Shown: positions 13,401 through 26,722 of the stretch, piece by piece
How positions within the stretch are numbered: position 1 is the stretch's first letter
Layout: each line of letters starts with the position of its first letter
Source of the DNA: Takakia lepidozioides
Taxonomy: Eukaryota > Plantae > Bryophyta
Assembly (NCBI GenBank): GCA_030704615.1
Contig: CM060734.1
Span: 15,376,001-15,440,000 of the forward strand
Direction: 5' to 3'
Length of the DNA stretch: 64,000 nucleotides
Made by a program: the position numbers and the translations under genes
Notes under the pieces: generated by a model
Databases searched by the model: none
Told to the model about the DNA's origin: nothing
The model's input: only the letters and a program-made list of their open reading frames with translations

Positions 13401-14014
13401 TCGCGGCTGCCAACGGTGCAGGTCCCCGCCGCTGCAGGGCGTCTCTCCCCCACTCACCACGGCTCTCTCTCTTGAGTCTCTTCAGCTCGTTAGGTCGCGC
13501 CTCTGCGCGGCGTTCCTACCACACAGGGGAGAGTGACATCAGCCCGTGCTTAGGGCAAGAAAGAAAGACAGAAAGTGAGGGAGGAGGCGGTGCTTACCTT
13601 GGGTGTTGGAGCGGCGTTGGGGCAAACTCCTTGGGGCCTTGCGACCACCTCGGGCTCAGCAGCAGGTGCGTTTTTCCTCCACCCTAAACCCCACTCTCTG
13701 AACTACTTCTCTCCCAAAGAACAAACGAAAACGGGAGGGGAAAGAGATGCTTGAAGCACTTAGGGGAAAAAAGGGGCACGGCGCCCACGTGTGACGCCCG
13801 GCCGTCGCACGCCTGCGCCCGCCCCTTTTTTGAAATGTAAAAATGAAGATTGCGACGGCTGGCCGTCGTTTCTTGAGACCCTCGGCCCCATAAATAAAAA
13901 AACACATCGCCCCAGCCGTCGCGGGGTGCGACCCCAAGTTAAAAATAAAAATAAAAACTCGTCGTCCAATGCGACGCCAGGGTGTCGCAGGAGGCAACGG
14001 CCGACCTTTCTGGA

Positions 14015-14028
14015 TTTAGGGTTTAGGG
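14015..14028. promoter_or_regulatory. (TTTAGGG)2 telo-box-like motif upstream of the SET-like gene
   Basis: Two plant telomeric repeats in tandem. Function is inferred only. Confidence 0.3.
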
Positions 14029-14424
14029 CCTTTTGGGTTTCTTAGTTTTTATTTTATTTATTTATTTTTTCATATGGTACTGGGTTAGGGTGTTTGCTTT
14101 TTTTTATGGTGCTGGGTTTTGGATTGGCGGTTTTGGTTGTGGGTCTTGGGGTTAAAAGAATAAACGGTGTAATTAGGATTCACATACCCAAAATGTGGTT
14201 CAATCTGATAATCGCAAAGCGCTGGGTCTCAACAAATTTTTCCATAGTGTGAGCATCCTGAAGATAGAACGAGAGGAAGGATTTATTGTCTTGGGCTCTA
14301 GCACCATAGGGATGCTCCGCCTTTGGTTACCAATTTTGAAAGCCCTGAGGCTGAGGCATAGGGTTTTTTTGCCAACGGTTTTTTAGAAATGAAAATGTTG
14401 GTGGTGTGTGTTAATTAGGATGGG

Positions 14425-15958
14425 ATGGTGAGGAAACATCGACCCGTCTCCCTCGAGGATGGGGAGGTAGTACCACATATCGATTGTGGCCCTAGAGCGA
14501 CTATTTTTCGTGGCGATGCGGAGGATGTTGACACTCCGGGATCGAATCGGGCGCGCCATGGGTTGCCCCCTCGCGGGCCACCCCGTCCAACCACGTCCAC
14601 CTTTAACCCCCCCGACAAGATTGAGTGTTGGTGCACTAAGTGTTGGGAACGGATACCGCCGGGCGGCACCAGACCACCGAGGCGGCGACTGCATGTTGTC
14701 GAAAAACATTACAAGAAGAACAAGATTGCGGATGCGGCAAAGGTGAGTGTTTTTCCCACCCCTCTCATTAACATTCATTTAAGGTACATTTAGGTTTATC
14801 AAATAATATAGTATGATTGGTAAGCATACATGAATCAAAATTACGACATAAGTATTGATACGTCGTTCACTACGCACATTGCAGCCACGACTTGATGCCC
14901 AAGCTCGCAATCACATTGCACATGAGGCATTTCGCGCCGGTCTACTTGCATAATTTGTGCCAGAGCATGTGCCCGATGTGACCAGTTGGTTCCCCCAACA
15001 GCACGTAGATGAGATGCGTAGGATCGAGGGGTATCGTAGGTGTCGTAGGCGTTATGGCCAACGACGAGCAGGCCCACCACCACCCCACCCCCCCCCCCCA
15101 GTTTCCTCAGGCGGTCCCCCTGATTGTGGCCCCCCCCCCCGTCTGTTTCTTTGCCTGATCCACCTCCAGTTGTACCTGATCCGGACGTTGTACCCCCGGC
15201 TGCACCTCCGACATTACATCCTCAACCACCTCCACTTTCATCTCCTCCGCCAGCAGTACCACCTCCACCTCCACCTCCACCTCCACCTCCAGGTGCATGT
15301 GCCCCCCGAACCCCTAGGAGGGGTCGGCTTTGCCCTAGGTTTCCTCCCCTTCGGCTTGGGCGGCCTGAGCCGAATCCTCGCCCCCAATAGGAAGCGCATA
15401 GGACTATGTTACTGAGGACCGTCCAGCCTCGTTGTTGGGGGAATCATCTCGACCCTCCCACCCCCATCTGAGAAAATGTGGAGTTCGAGTATTGGGGGAG
15501 ACGGTATATTGTGAGAGCCGCTACAAACCCTGCTATGGGTCGGGGTTTATTCACGGTCGATGATATTGTGGTTCCGCCTCAGAGAAACAGCATGGTGGAC
15601 TTGTTTCCCTACTACGGTCCATACTACACCTCCGCGGAGTTCCGTACATTACGCCTCGAAGCCCCATACATCCTACTCTACATTTTGTGTGTCAACGGAC
15701 AGGATGTACGTAGACGGGGGTTGTCTGCCATTTTGTGATGGTGACCCCGACATCTTCGGCAATGTTGCTGGGCTGGTCAATAGTTCTTTTGGTCATCCTA
15801 GGAGAACCAATGTAGTATGGGACGAGCGAAGCGATGGGCATGAGAGCTTTTGTGGTCATACGTCCGTATATTGTGAGGGGATGCACATGTTTGTGATGAC
15901 ATGTGCTAGTAGGACTATTAGGGCTGGCAGCAAACTTCCAAGATATAGAGTCGATTAA
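14425..15958 (+). pseudogene. Decayed two-exon gene: CxCxxC...H...H motif, Pro-rich linker, divergent SET domain
   Basis: Exon 1 14425-14742; GT..AG intron 14743-14884; exon 2 continues in phase. SET-like motifs GRGLFTVDDI, LFPYYG, DGDP..GNVAGLVNSS and ASRTIRAG. Stops at 14951, 15388 and 15469; frameshifts near 15135 and 15733. Confidence 0.65.
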
Positions 15959-17601
15959 CTTAGGATATCTGGTGTTGGACATATGTTACAGCTCAACCCA
16001 CGATCTGACCTTGAATTTAGGGTGTCGGGAGCTTAAAAGAGAGCAGCACAGAAGAGAGGGAAGATACTTTTTGTCATGTCAAGACAAAGACAGGACCCCT
16101 AGGATCGTTGTCATGAAAGAATAAATAGACATATCAGCCACTTAACAGTGGCACCATCCATCAATCATCAAGCTTAGAAAATCCAGAATTACATCCATGC
16201 ACAGTAATGTGTTCATGTCAGTATGATTCATAATCCAGAGAGTATGCCACTGATGCTGATTGACCACCAGTCAAGATCATGATACACTTACATAGGTCTG
16301 GGTGGGATGGCGGATACTTGGCCATATTTTGGCCTTGATGTGGTGCAGGTCACATAGTCATACAGATTTACTGTCTGCAAGCTGTAATCCAAGCATACTT
16401 ACTAAAACCCCATGGGTGTCATGGAGGGTTTTCTTAAAAAAGAAAGGAACACTTGGATATCACAGATTTAAATACCTTGTCTTGCCAGTATTTGTTTAGA
16501 CTGGTGTGCAGTACAGCTTGCCCCCACAGGGGACGTGGATATGTCTGGTAAGTTTTCCAGAACACCCCTATACCCTTATTTCTTGCTACAGCTGAAAATC
16601 AAAGCTCATGACAAAGCAAGGTAAATATAAATGACTGCATACACATCCTGTGATAGTATACGGTACTGTCAGTACACCCTTCACATCATTCCACATTTGA
16701 CCATGTCATTACACCATGTCCAGGGGGTATTTCCGCTTGACCATCCTGGCTGCCTCAAAAACCAGTTACCATTTATATTACTGTCATATTTCAGTGTCAG
16801 CCGAATAGCCACAGGCAGAAACTTCACCATACCCTGGCCTAAGCATCTAGCTAATCAAAGCCATCTGGGTTGGAACATAACATGGGTCTTTTAAACAGAG
16901 GTACCCGAGTAGCTGCAGCAAACAGTTCCTTGCAGCCTCTCAATTTGTTTCCAACTACTAGCTCAAGGCCTTGTGGCCATTTGAGGCAAGAAGTAGAGGA
17001 GCACTCCATGAAGTGGGAGACTTGAGGACGAGTAGGAGTGCCGGAGGAGGACCAGGCTTGAGTACCATTCTACCAAGCGATTTAGTGCATCCCAAGCACC
17101 ACTTGTTTCAGAGGGTGACTTACCATACTATCTTGACCTTTGAATTCATTTATTTCATTTGCTGTTCAAGCTTGTTCCAAGAAGGGACCTTATAGCACTG
17201 TTTGTTAAAAATCTATAAAAACTAACCTTCTTTCAAAGAGGATGTGTGTGCATCTCTATGTACATGTGTGAAGAGCACAGGTGTGAAGCCCCAGGAGACA
17301 GGGCCTTACGAATCTAACCCAATTACGCCATGGAAGTGAGGATAGATGTCCATTATTATGTTTAAGGAGAGGGCGAGCTTGCATGAAGTGGCAAAACTCT
17401 TGTCAAATTCCCTTTCTAGCTTAGTGGCGACGGCCATATTGCATGAGACGGCGAAGCTATCGCCAAAATTTCCATATTATTAAGTTCATATCTATGTTCA
17501 TAAGCCCCCTGGCCATAGAGGACCATAGGAGGCAATGCTAACTAGCTTTATAAGTGGTTAAGCTATTTTGTAGAGAGCTGCCAAAAAAAGGTAGAGCCCA
17601 A

Positions 17602-18000
17602 CACTATAGTGCCGGCGCCTTAGGCGCCTTGGGGCTGGAGGTCAACCAAGGAGGTTGCCTAGAATCGCCATGGAAAGGCGCATCTAACACGGGTGGCGCG
17701 GCCTTCCCCCGTGGGGGGAGTTGACCCCTGGAGCAAAGTACGGGTTGCTGGTACCCTGCGTGGCAGCACCAGGCGCCATAGCTGGGCCCGCGTAGGTACG
17801 ACACGAACGGCAGAGACGACGGAGCCTGCCTATTACCCACTGGACCCGCGCCGGCGGCGGGCCAGTCACGCCGCGCCATGTAGCGCTGGCCGCGGGGTAT
17901 CGGGTTTAACCGCTGGATATTACGACGGACCCCGCCATGGACTGTTGGTCCCTGGGACGGGTATTTTAAGGGGGGTTTTCTCCCTATGCCTTTGATTTCT
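17602..18000 (+). mobile_element. Possible CACTA/EnSpm left end
   Basis: CACTATAG at an abrupt transition into a GC-rich block with repeated GGCGCC/CGCCATG motifs. No matching right end found. Confidence 0.3.
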
Positions 18001-20862
18001 TGTGCACTATTCATGGTGTTCTTCTTGCATGGGAATGAGGGCGTGTTTTAGCAAAAGATAAGAAATGGTTGGAACCATTGGATAGGCCCCAGTGAGGCCA
18101 TCAGTTTGATATGTATTCCGGGGTTTGTGAAAGCACGGCTCACGGGTGGATGCCACAGGCAGAGAGAGAAAGCCCAGAGACAGGGAGGAGAGAATCCCTG
18201 GTAGGGTGGAAGAGGCGCAGGGAATGGACCCTGGGACCCACTGAATGTTTAATTATTGTTTATACACCAGGGTGGCGAGCAGATGAGAAACTGATGGGCG
18301 GCAGATTTCATTCATCCTGGCCCAGTGATGGTTTAAGTTGCTAATGCGTTGTTAATTGGTTGGGTATAGGAATTTAGGGGCGCTCCCAAGTGGAGAGCGG
18401 TTCCCCAATGCTCCCGACATAAAGGGCGTTCCTAGGGCGTTCCCCTGGTACCTTGAGGGTAATTTAGTTAGCTCCAGCACCCTACGATGATTCTTTATTT
18501 CTACAAATTTCATGCATTTGTAGGAATATTTTAATGATTTGTTCTTTATTATTTAGTAGGGTAATTCGCCTTTATTAAGGGATTTTATCCGGACCCCCTT
18601 AACTTAAAAACGGCAATTTTAAGGGCGGTATCGCCTCCTTCCGCCGAGGGTATTTGAAGTCAAGTACCCGGCCGTTGGGGGGGGGGTCGGGCCAAGGAAC
18701 GGCTATTGTTTTATTAGATCTCGGGAATTACCTAGAGGTTTAAATTGTTATCATTCACTGGATGGACTGACCATTGAGGTTGGATTTGGGATCGCTCCAA
18801 GCAGGAGAAACTGACTTGGGAAAGTGGATCTGGTCCCTTCCTAGGAGGTAGGATACTAATCCACCTCGGGATTTAGGGGGGGGCATTGGGCGGGAGATAG
18901 ATTATCCCCGTCTCCCTGGGCTCGGGATTCGTTTTGTGAAGGGATTTGTTTTATTCCTCAAGTGCATTTTCATATTTGCATTGTGATATTACAGACATCT
19001 ATGGGTTTACTACAGTGGTCATGCTATATTTGTATATTGAGAGCTCTTGATCAATGGTAGAGGGAGGTATTTAATGTCAGACCTACTGGAAAAAGGAGCA
19101 AAAACAGTGTCATGGCCACTGTCTATGGGAGGTGGAGACAAAGTGTTTTTATGATTTTGCAGCAAAATGATGACCGTTTGGGCTGGAATTTTAAGGGGGC
19201 GAATTACTATTTTGTATCGGACTGCGTAATATTCATTTACAACTGTGTGTGAGCATTAAGTGCGAGTGGTTGTGCACAAGGTACAGTGGGTTGGTTGTGG
19301 GTTCTTTGTGTGTGTTACGCCATTGTTGTGATAGTTAGGGTCATACACTACGGGACCAGAATTAGAAGACTTTAGCATGCCGGGTGGGAGTACAGTAGCC
19401 TTGCAAAGATTGGTTTGATTAGTGGGCGGAGGGAAGGGAGGGGTTTAGAGGTAAGCATGTAGGATGTATAATTAGATGTGTGGGGATATGTGAGTTGGCA
19501 TGTTATGTGATAGAGGCAGTAATGTTAAGTGGTGAAGTAGCATATATTATTCCAGATTTGCTGTATATGAGAGTGGGGGATTTGAAACAGGGGTACGTAT
19601 AGTCTGTCTTGGGGGCGATCTGCGGGTGGTTGGATAATGATGAATGCATGGTTAGTGGAGGAGAGGAGCTAGGATTTGGGACGTTGAGTGTAGGTTGTGG
19701 TACTGGTGAAGGGGAATTAGTGTGTTGCGATTGCATGAGTTTATGTGGGGGGAGTATAATGTAGCGCGTTTGTGTATGTGTGTTGGGGTACGGTGTGTAT
19801 AATATGTAGTGTGGGAAAAAAAATAGGTAAAGTAGTAAGTGATCGTGTTGAAGCAATGGAGATATATGATGACATTGCGGAGTATGCAGAGATGTGGGCT
19901 GGGGGTGGCTGCATGGGTATGTTGGGACAACAGAGGTGTTATGAGAAGGGGTGGGGGCATAGTACACCAAGTATGCAAATTGAGGACGTGCGTTTGTGAG
20001 TAGATTTGTCGGGACCTGTGGAAATTAGATACTAGGAAGACATGGCAAAGTGGGGTGTGTAATGAGGATCTTTAATCTACAAGTTGCTTTATCAAGGGCT
20101 AGTGCATAAGGAAAGCTAGGGTCATGAAAGGGCTGGGATGTCATCAGCCATAATACTATTGGTTTAGCTATGGTGTGGATATGAGGATGTATGTTTTGAG
20201 CCGTGGGTTCAGCTGCTATTGAGTATTGCACCTTGACCTGATGGTTTGTGCCACTACTAACAAGCAGTTGCATATGGCAGTAATGTGGGTTTCTTGTGCT
20301 ACATATCCATTCATATCTATGGTATCTTTGGCAGTTAGGGCGGCTCATGGTAAGTCTTTCATAAATGGTTAGCAAGTAGGAATGGTAGCTAATTAAGGAA
20401 GCAATGCAATAGGACAGAACATAATATTCAATTTTAAGTGGAGTCACAAATAGAGTATGAGTAGTGAGGAGTTGGGTATTGGCAAGAGACAGGAGATCTA
20501 AGTGTTTGTTCGAGGATGTTACAGCCTGAAGATATAAGCATTGATATGGTGAGGTCTGGAATAATGTGGGCAAAGGATGCTGAAAAGCTAGCTTAGTCTG
20601 TTGTGTCTGTGGATTTTGGAATTGGAATCTGCAAGTCCAAGATGATCTTGTACACCGGGGTTGCAGGCTATTCACGTAAGCTGCAATGCAACAACTCGGT
20701 TTGGCATACCCTTGAGTTGGTAGAATTACAAGTGAAGAACAAATAGCAGGACAAGTATGGGATGTCAAGGATGTCAAGTGGGGATAACAATTTTTTGGAA
20801 CACCCAAGCGGCTAATGTGGAAGCAGTACGCCTGATACATTGGAGACAACAGGGGTTGAGTT

Positions 20863-21753
20863 TGTTAGAGTGTTTGTTCACTTCAGTGTAACTGATGCTC
20901 CCTAAATAGCAAGTTGGATATTGTTAGATACTTGCTATTCATGTCATGACTAAAAAGGTTCAGATAGAAATAACAAGTTGGATACTTGTTAAACAAACAC
21001 ATATCTGTTAGTCATGATAGACAGAGGACATACACAGAATAGGCATAGAAGTGCAGATAAGAATAGCACTAGGACTTCAAATAGAAATATCTAAAGTTGA
21101 GGTTTGTGTATTTGTGTATGCACTCAGGCCATTGAATGTATCTCAATCTCTCTCTCGAATGAAGTGTGTTTCTTCAGTATGAAGTTGAAACCTATCTTTG
21201 TCTCTGTTTCTATATTGATAGCATGATCGTATGCTAGAGTACTCATCGTCTTTCCTCCTGTGAAAATCTTGAAGTTAATTGTCGTCCATGACTTCTGGTG
21301 CAACCACCAGCTCTAGGAAAGTTTTAGGTCAACACGTTATGGGCCCACAGGGTTCAGATGAGTTAGGCATTGTGTCAAGGCTCCTACAGACGTCACTCCC
21401 AAAATTTGGTGGTGAGAACTTCCATCTATGGAAGTTCAAGATGTCAATGGTGCTGCAAGAGATGAAGCTTTGGAACATAGTGAAGGGCACTGAGCATAGA
21501 CCTTCACAAAATGATACTGCAAATAGGTTGCAGTATGATGAGAGGGATCAGAGGGCACAAGCTCTAGTTGTTTTAAGTTTACAAGACTCTGAATTGATGC
21601 ATGGGCGTACAACTACAACTGCTAAAGAGACATGGGATAAGTTGGAGGCTCAATATAAGCAGAAGGCATTAGCAAACAAACTATGTATATATTATATATT
21701 ATATTTGACGCACAAGGCGAAGTGGCTCTTAATTACGCCGGCTTTGGCCGGAG

Positions 21754-21795
<42 letters not shown>

Positions 21796-23110
21796 TTGAC
21801 ACCTCCCGAAAGAAGCGTAAGCAAACAAACTATACGTTCTAAGACAGCTGATGAACATACAGATGCAGTCAGGAGACACCATGACAAGTCACATCAATAA
21901 GCTTAGAGAATTGTCACTACAGCTTGATGCAGTGGGAGAGTCTGTGAGTGATGGCATGTTAGTAATGATTTTGTTATTAAGCGTGCCAGAGAACTATCGC
22001 AACCTCATTACTGCTCTAGAGACTAGGACAGATGCTCTAACGTTGGAACTTGTAAGTGGGAGGTTGCTGCATGAGGAGTTGGAGATGAAGATGAAGGGAG
22101 TAGGGACATCTTCAAGTGATGAAAAAGTTTTTTACGTACAGAAGCTGAATGGGACAAACAAGAGTCATATGGACAGCAACAACAACAACCGCAAAAAAAG
22201 TTCAAGCGGAGATGCAAAGTTCTGTAACAATTGCCATGAGCGCGGCCACTGGGCATGAGAATGCCCGCATCCAAAAAGGTTTGTAGAGAAGAGGCAAGCA
22301 CATACAGTTGAGAATGCCTTCGTTGCAGGTCCAGAAGCTTTGAAATTAGGGAGTTTGTATGTTGAAACTTGACTATGGTGCGTCACAATATATGTCTTTT
22401 CAGAAAGAATTATTCTTAGATTTGAAGGAGATTCCTAAGACTAGGATTTACTTGGGAGATAATTCAATACAAGAGGCTGTGGGAAAAGGATCTATAGTTA
22501 TTGAGATGTTAGTCAATAGCAAGGTAGAAAAGGATCGTCTGCATGATGTGCTATTTGTGCTAGGTTTGGCCAAGTACCTTTTCTCAGTCAGTAAGGCTAC
22601 AGCCAAGAACTTATCTGTTGAGTTCCGTAGCCGAAATTGTCGGATCAAAGATGATTCTGGAAAGATCATAGCAGAAGCTGTGAGGGATGGTAGACTGTAC
22701 AGATTGCTTTGTAGCGCAGAGATGGCAAATGAATATGCTCATCTTGGAAGAGACCAAAAGCAAGATGTGTCAGTGTTTCAGGGCTTCAGCAAATGCAAAA
22801 ATTTGATCTAGTGGATGGAATGGACGCTAGGCCATGTGAAGCTAATCTACATAGTTGCAAAGGTTGCTTGCTTGGCAAGCAGAAGAGACTTCCTTTTGCA
22901 AATGGTGAAGCAGACAGAGCTTCTAAGCCCTTGGAGTTAGTGCACTCCGATATATGTGGACCCATGAAGAACAGCTCTTTGGGAGGCAGTAAGTATTTTG
23001 TCACATTCATTGATGACCGCACTAGGAAGGTATGGTGCTATTTTTTGAAGCAGAAAAAATGAGGTGCTAAATAAGTTCAAGGAGTTCAAGGTGGGAGTAG
23101 AAACCTCAAG
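20863..23110 (+). mobile_element. Ty1/Copia LTR retrotransposon, 5' portion (truncated in integrase)
   Basis: Putative LTR TGTTAG (20863)...TCAACA (21334); PBS-like cGTTATGGGCCCA (21335-21347). Gag (FGGENFHLWKFKM; CNNCHERGHWA), protease (LDYGASQYMS), integrase zinc finger and core (CKGCLLGKQKRLPF; LELVHSDICGP; YFVTFIDD). The LTR start is less certain than the rest. Confidence 0.9.
21685..21819 (-). mobile_element. 135-bp TPRT-type insertion (5'-truncated non-LTR element or SINE tail) in Copia gag
   Basis: Flanked by the 14-bp direct repeat AGCAAACAAACTAT (21671-21684 and 21820-21833). Removing it restores gag ALANKLYVLRQLMNIQM. Contains (GA)n and an AT-rich tail. Confidence 0.75.
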
Positions 23111-24762
23111 TGAAATGACCCGTGGGCGCCCAAGTGACCCCCGCCCAGTGACGCATCTGGAAGGCAAGCAACCAATTAAGCATGTACGTGGAGGATACTC
23201 AAAGGTGGAGGTGCATGAATACTCCAAGTATTCAGATCCTCCAGAACAATCAAACATGACATGCAGCTAGCGTATCATGGGGTGCCATGAATTTGTTATC
23301 TCCCTTAGTTAATGATTGTTCTCAGTTAAACAGTGAAGTGGGGTATCCTAGTTTCTGATTATCTATGTCATCTCTTCAAGTACAATTCATATTCTCTTCA
23401 TGCATTTCCACAGCTTCACTTGAGTATCTCTACACAATATTGGAGTTCAAGTGGGTGTTGCTTAATATCATAATGGTATACAGACAGGCCGCAGCCTCTG
23501 TTTCCTAAGTTCCTACTCCCCTCGTCTAACTCTGGAACTCCATTATCCCATGCTTATCTCCCTCTAGCCTTCTCTTTGTTTCATACTCTCTCTCTCCTCC
23601 GCTCCTGCATCAAACCATGCTCCGTATGACAAGGATCATACAGTAAATGATCACTCTGCCTTCATCGTAGCTCCGTAAGTACTGCTTCTGCCAACCGCCA
23701 TGACTCCAACCGTCCATGTTCTCTTTCTTGCAATCATCTTTTGTTCTTGGCTCATGACCTAACCACCATGATCATGGTTCATGTTTCCTTTGTGTTCCCC
23801 TTCATGGTCTGTTGTTCCTGCTCATGATCCTTCGTTCCCACTCATGGTCATGTTTCCCTGTCATGGTCCTGGTTCATGGTTCATAGTCATTCATGGTCTT
23901 GGGCCATGATATAGTCTTCATGATCGTTGCGCCATGAGGGTTTATGGTCACTGCACCATGAGAATTCATGGTCGCTCATGATTCCTATGCCATGATTAAT
24001 CATGGTGACCAAGGAAAGAAATCACAAAGAGTGAAACATATTGATCACTCACGTTTGACATTGGCCAACCGAGTGAGAGAGCGACGTGCATCATTGCCCA
24101 CACTCATGAGTTTTTCCTTGTCTCATGCTTCTCGAGACAATGGTTCAACAACCAGATTGAGTATCTAGGCCATAGATATATCTTACAAGGTCAAATCGGT
24201 GTTGCATTCAGGTGTCTTCATCTTGGAAGGTCGAGATGACATGGTGTGGAAGGATCATGTGCACAATTGCACGCCATGTCATCTTTCCCATGTGGATGGG
24301 CAAATAAATCCAAACCTTGCAGTGGTACCTGCAGGATTGCGGTGCATGTTATATATACATGCCATTAGATGGTACTTAGTGCTGCAACCATGTTAGGGTG
24401 AGACAGATGCTCAAGGGGGTGACACAGGGGGTGCTTCACACTACCACTTGAGGAGATCCTTATTGGGGAATGGTTGTGTCTACGTTGCATTTGTACATAG
24501 AGAGTGGGCTTAACAATGTAGATGCTGACACCGAACTAGTGGGAGACCAACGCCACTGACATTCAACTCAGGGTCACAAATTGCAAGTAGGTGACTAACG
24601 ATGGGACTACCTTTGCACCCGACCTCTTGATCTTCAAAGCTTCAGAACTGAAACATTGGCAATGGCAGATATAGCACATGGATCTATTGGGGATTGATAC
24701 ATGTCAGCTAAGTGGTATTAGAAAGACCTAATTATCAGCTGGGGGGGCGACTTTGGCACGAA

Positions 24763-25090
24763 TTTGTAAGATGATATGCTACACTAGTGTGGTTAGACAA
24801 CGATGTGTGTTGTAGCACCATGCTTAAGTACACGACAGCTATCAAGGTTTTGGTCATGGGGTGCTCTCATATTGACTCAATTTATGTGATAGAGTGGATT
24901 TTCACTTTAAAGGACTAGGGTTTGTTCCTAGTGTGATTACTTTTATGCTTAGAATGTTTTCATTTCTTTCTCTTCTTCAGTTTTCATCTCTTATCATTGT
25001 GACACAGATTTGTAGTATGATATGCTACACTAGTGTGATTAAACAACGATGTGTATTGTAGCACGATGTTTAGGTGCATGATATCAAGGT
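24763..25090. repeat. Imperfect ~80-bp direct duplication
   Basis: tttgta..atgatatgctacactagtgtg.tta.acaacgatgtgt.ttgtagcac.atg at ~24763 and ~25009. Confidence 0.7.
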
Positions 25091-26722
25091 TCTCATTTAC
25101 AAAACCATTGGCGCTATTGTTTTATCCAATCATCAGTGTTGGATGGTCAATTGTGATTAATTATGATCAACTGTTTGACAGGGGTTAATTTATGGGAAGC
25201 ACTGCACGAGGACAAGACAAATGACATGCTACATACATAGTTGGAAATGATGACGAGGCTCCAAGTGGTGATCCCAGGCCTCAAACTGCTGCGTCACTCT
25301 CAAGGCAATCTGGATTTATTGCGGAAATGTTTCTGACCCATGCATTTGTGGCTCAATAGTAGATTCTGAAGTTTGTTTTACATGTCAACAGTTCCAACAT
25401 TGTTAAGCTTTTGGAGAGTGTCGATTAGGCTCCTTCAGGTGGCAAACTAAAGTAGAATTTGATGGCAGTACATTTGGTTTAATCAAGGGGAAAATATATA
25501 ATTGACACACTTAACTAAGGCTTGGACATAAACTCGTTTGGCTATGTCCAGCCTCCCCAAGTTTGTACAGCAAAATGCTATTTCAGGTTACATATTGCTC
25601 AGAAACTCTGGCATGCAAAGGTTTTTAAGACTAGGGCAAAGTGTGTGGAATTATTGGAGGCGCAACAAAGGTCGTATCTTAGAGTTTCTAACAACCACGA
25701 CCTTATTGTATGGTTGCTAAACTCTCGAGGTACAAAGTCCAATTGCAATCCACCAGACTATGTGACTGATTGTCACTATGCCCATCTCAGGCCTGGGCCT
25801 GGGACGATGGAATAAAGCAGCAGTCAGGCAAGATTTTCCAACCAAACTGCACCAATTTCTCCCACCATTGCCGAGCAAGATCTCAGTGGCATCTTGCACT
25901 TCTTCTCTTCGCAGCATGGCATGGAGGCTTTGTCAATGCGGTTTCATTCGGGTTGAGTAGTCAACATGGGAGCTGGAGAAAGGGAATTGAATTGTGCACT
26001 ACTGTTCAACACTTCTCGTGGGGACCTTTCATAATTGACCATACTGAGCCAGAGTCAACACTGATATATGGTATCTAGGTTGAGAATCAACTGTTCGACA
26101 TGAATCCTTTGTAGAATGTAGACCCTTAACATTCGCAGATGTATGGTACCTTACTCTTGTACCTTACTCTTGATCCGAAGTTTCTAGGAAGCATTAGTTC
26201 ATGTGAATTCCCCCACAGTGCCCTTTCAGCTTCCCACCGTTACAAACAGAGAATGCTAAAACGCTTTGCACAAGCAAAACAATTCAGGCAAGATCCAATG
26301 AGACAGGAAAAGAGAGTACAACAGGTTTGAGAGAGAGGTCAAAAGGTACAGCATTTAGATATCCTAGGAAGACACCAACACTGAATGTTTATCAGCATGG
26401 ACAACAAATCCCAAAACATACATACACAACTTGGTCACCACGATGGAGCTGCACGATCAAGGCTAAGGCTAAGGGCCACAATGCAGGTTTGATTACATTC
26501 CAAGAAAGAGAGTCCACATAAAGGGAACAGTGAGGAGCAACTACAAGAGGTTGCTTTTGAATCTTCAAAATACCAGGCGTGTGACATGTTGATTGGTGCA
26601 AAGATTCAATCCTGTATTTGTTATGGTAGCCTTGAATTGATGTAACACATCCCACATTGTCAGTAGCCGTTAGATGATTCTTACTGACCCTCTCCTTTCT
26701 TAACTACACCATGGATCTATTT

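Noticed and set aside
19300-20860. Minus-strand ORFs 19503-19970 and 20025-20849 (similarly 33070-33693)
   Set aside because: Compositionally biased (His/Thr/Pro/Tyr) with no motif recognised; probably ancient repeat-derived sequence.
23115-24750. Possible LTR or other element truncating the Copia, with CCATGA/TCATGG-rich repeats at 23690-24010
   Set aside because: No termini, PBS or domain could be defined. The CATG excess is explicable by CpG decay.
25180-26080. Possible pseudogene fragment; also exon-like pieces on the minus strand at 16290-16900
   Set aside because: Multiple stops and no identifiable family.
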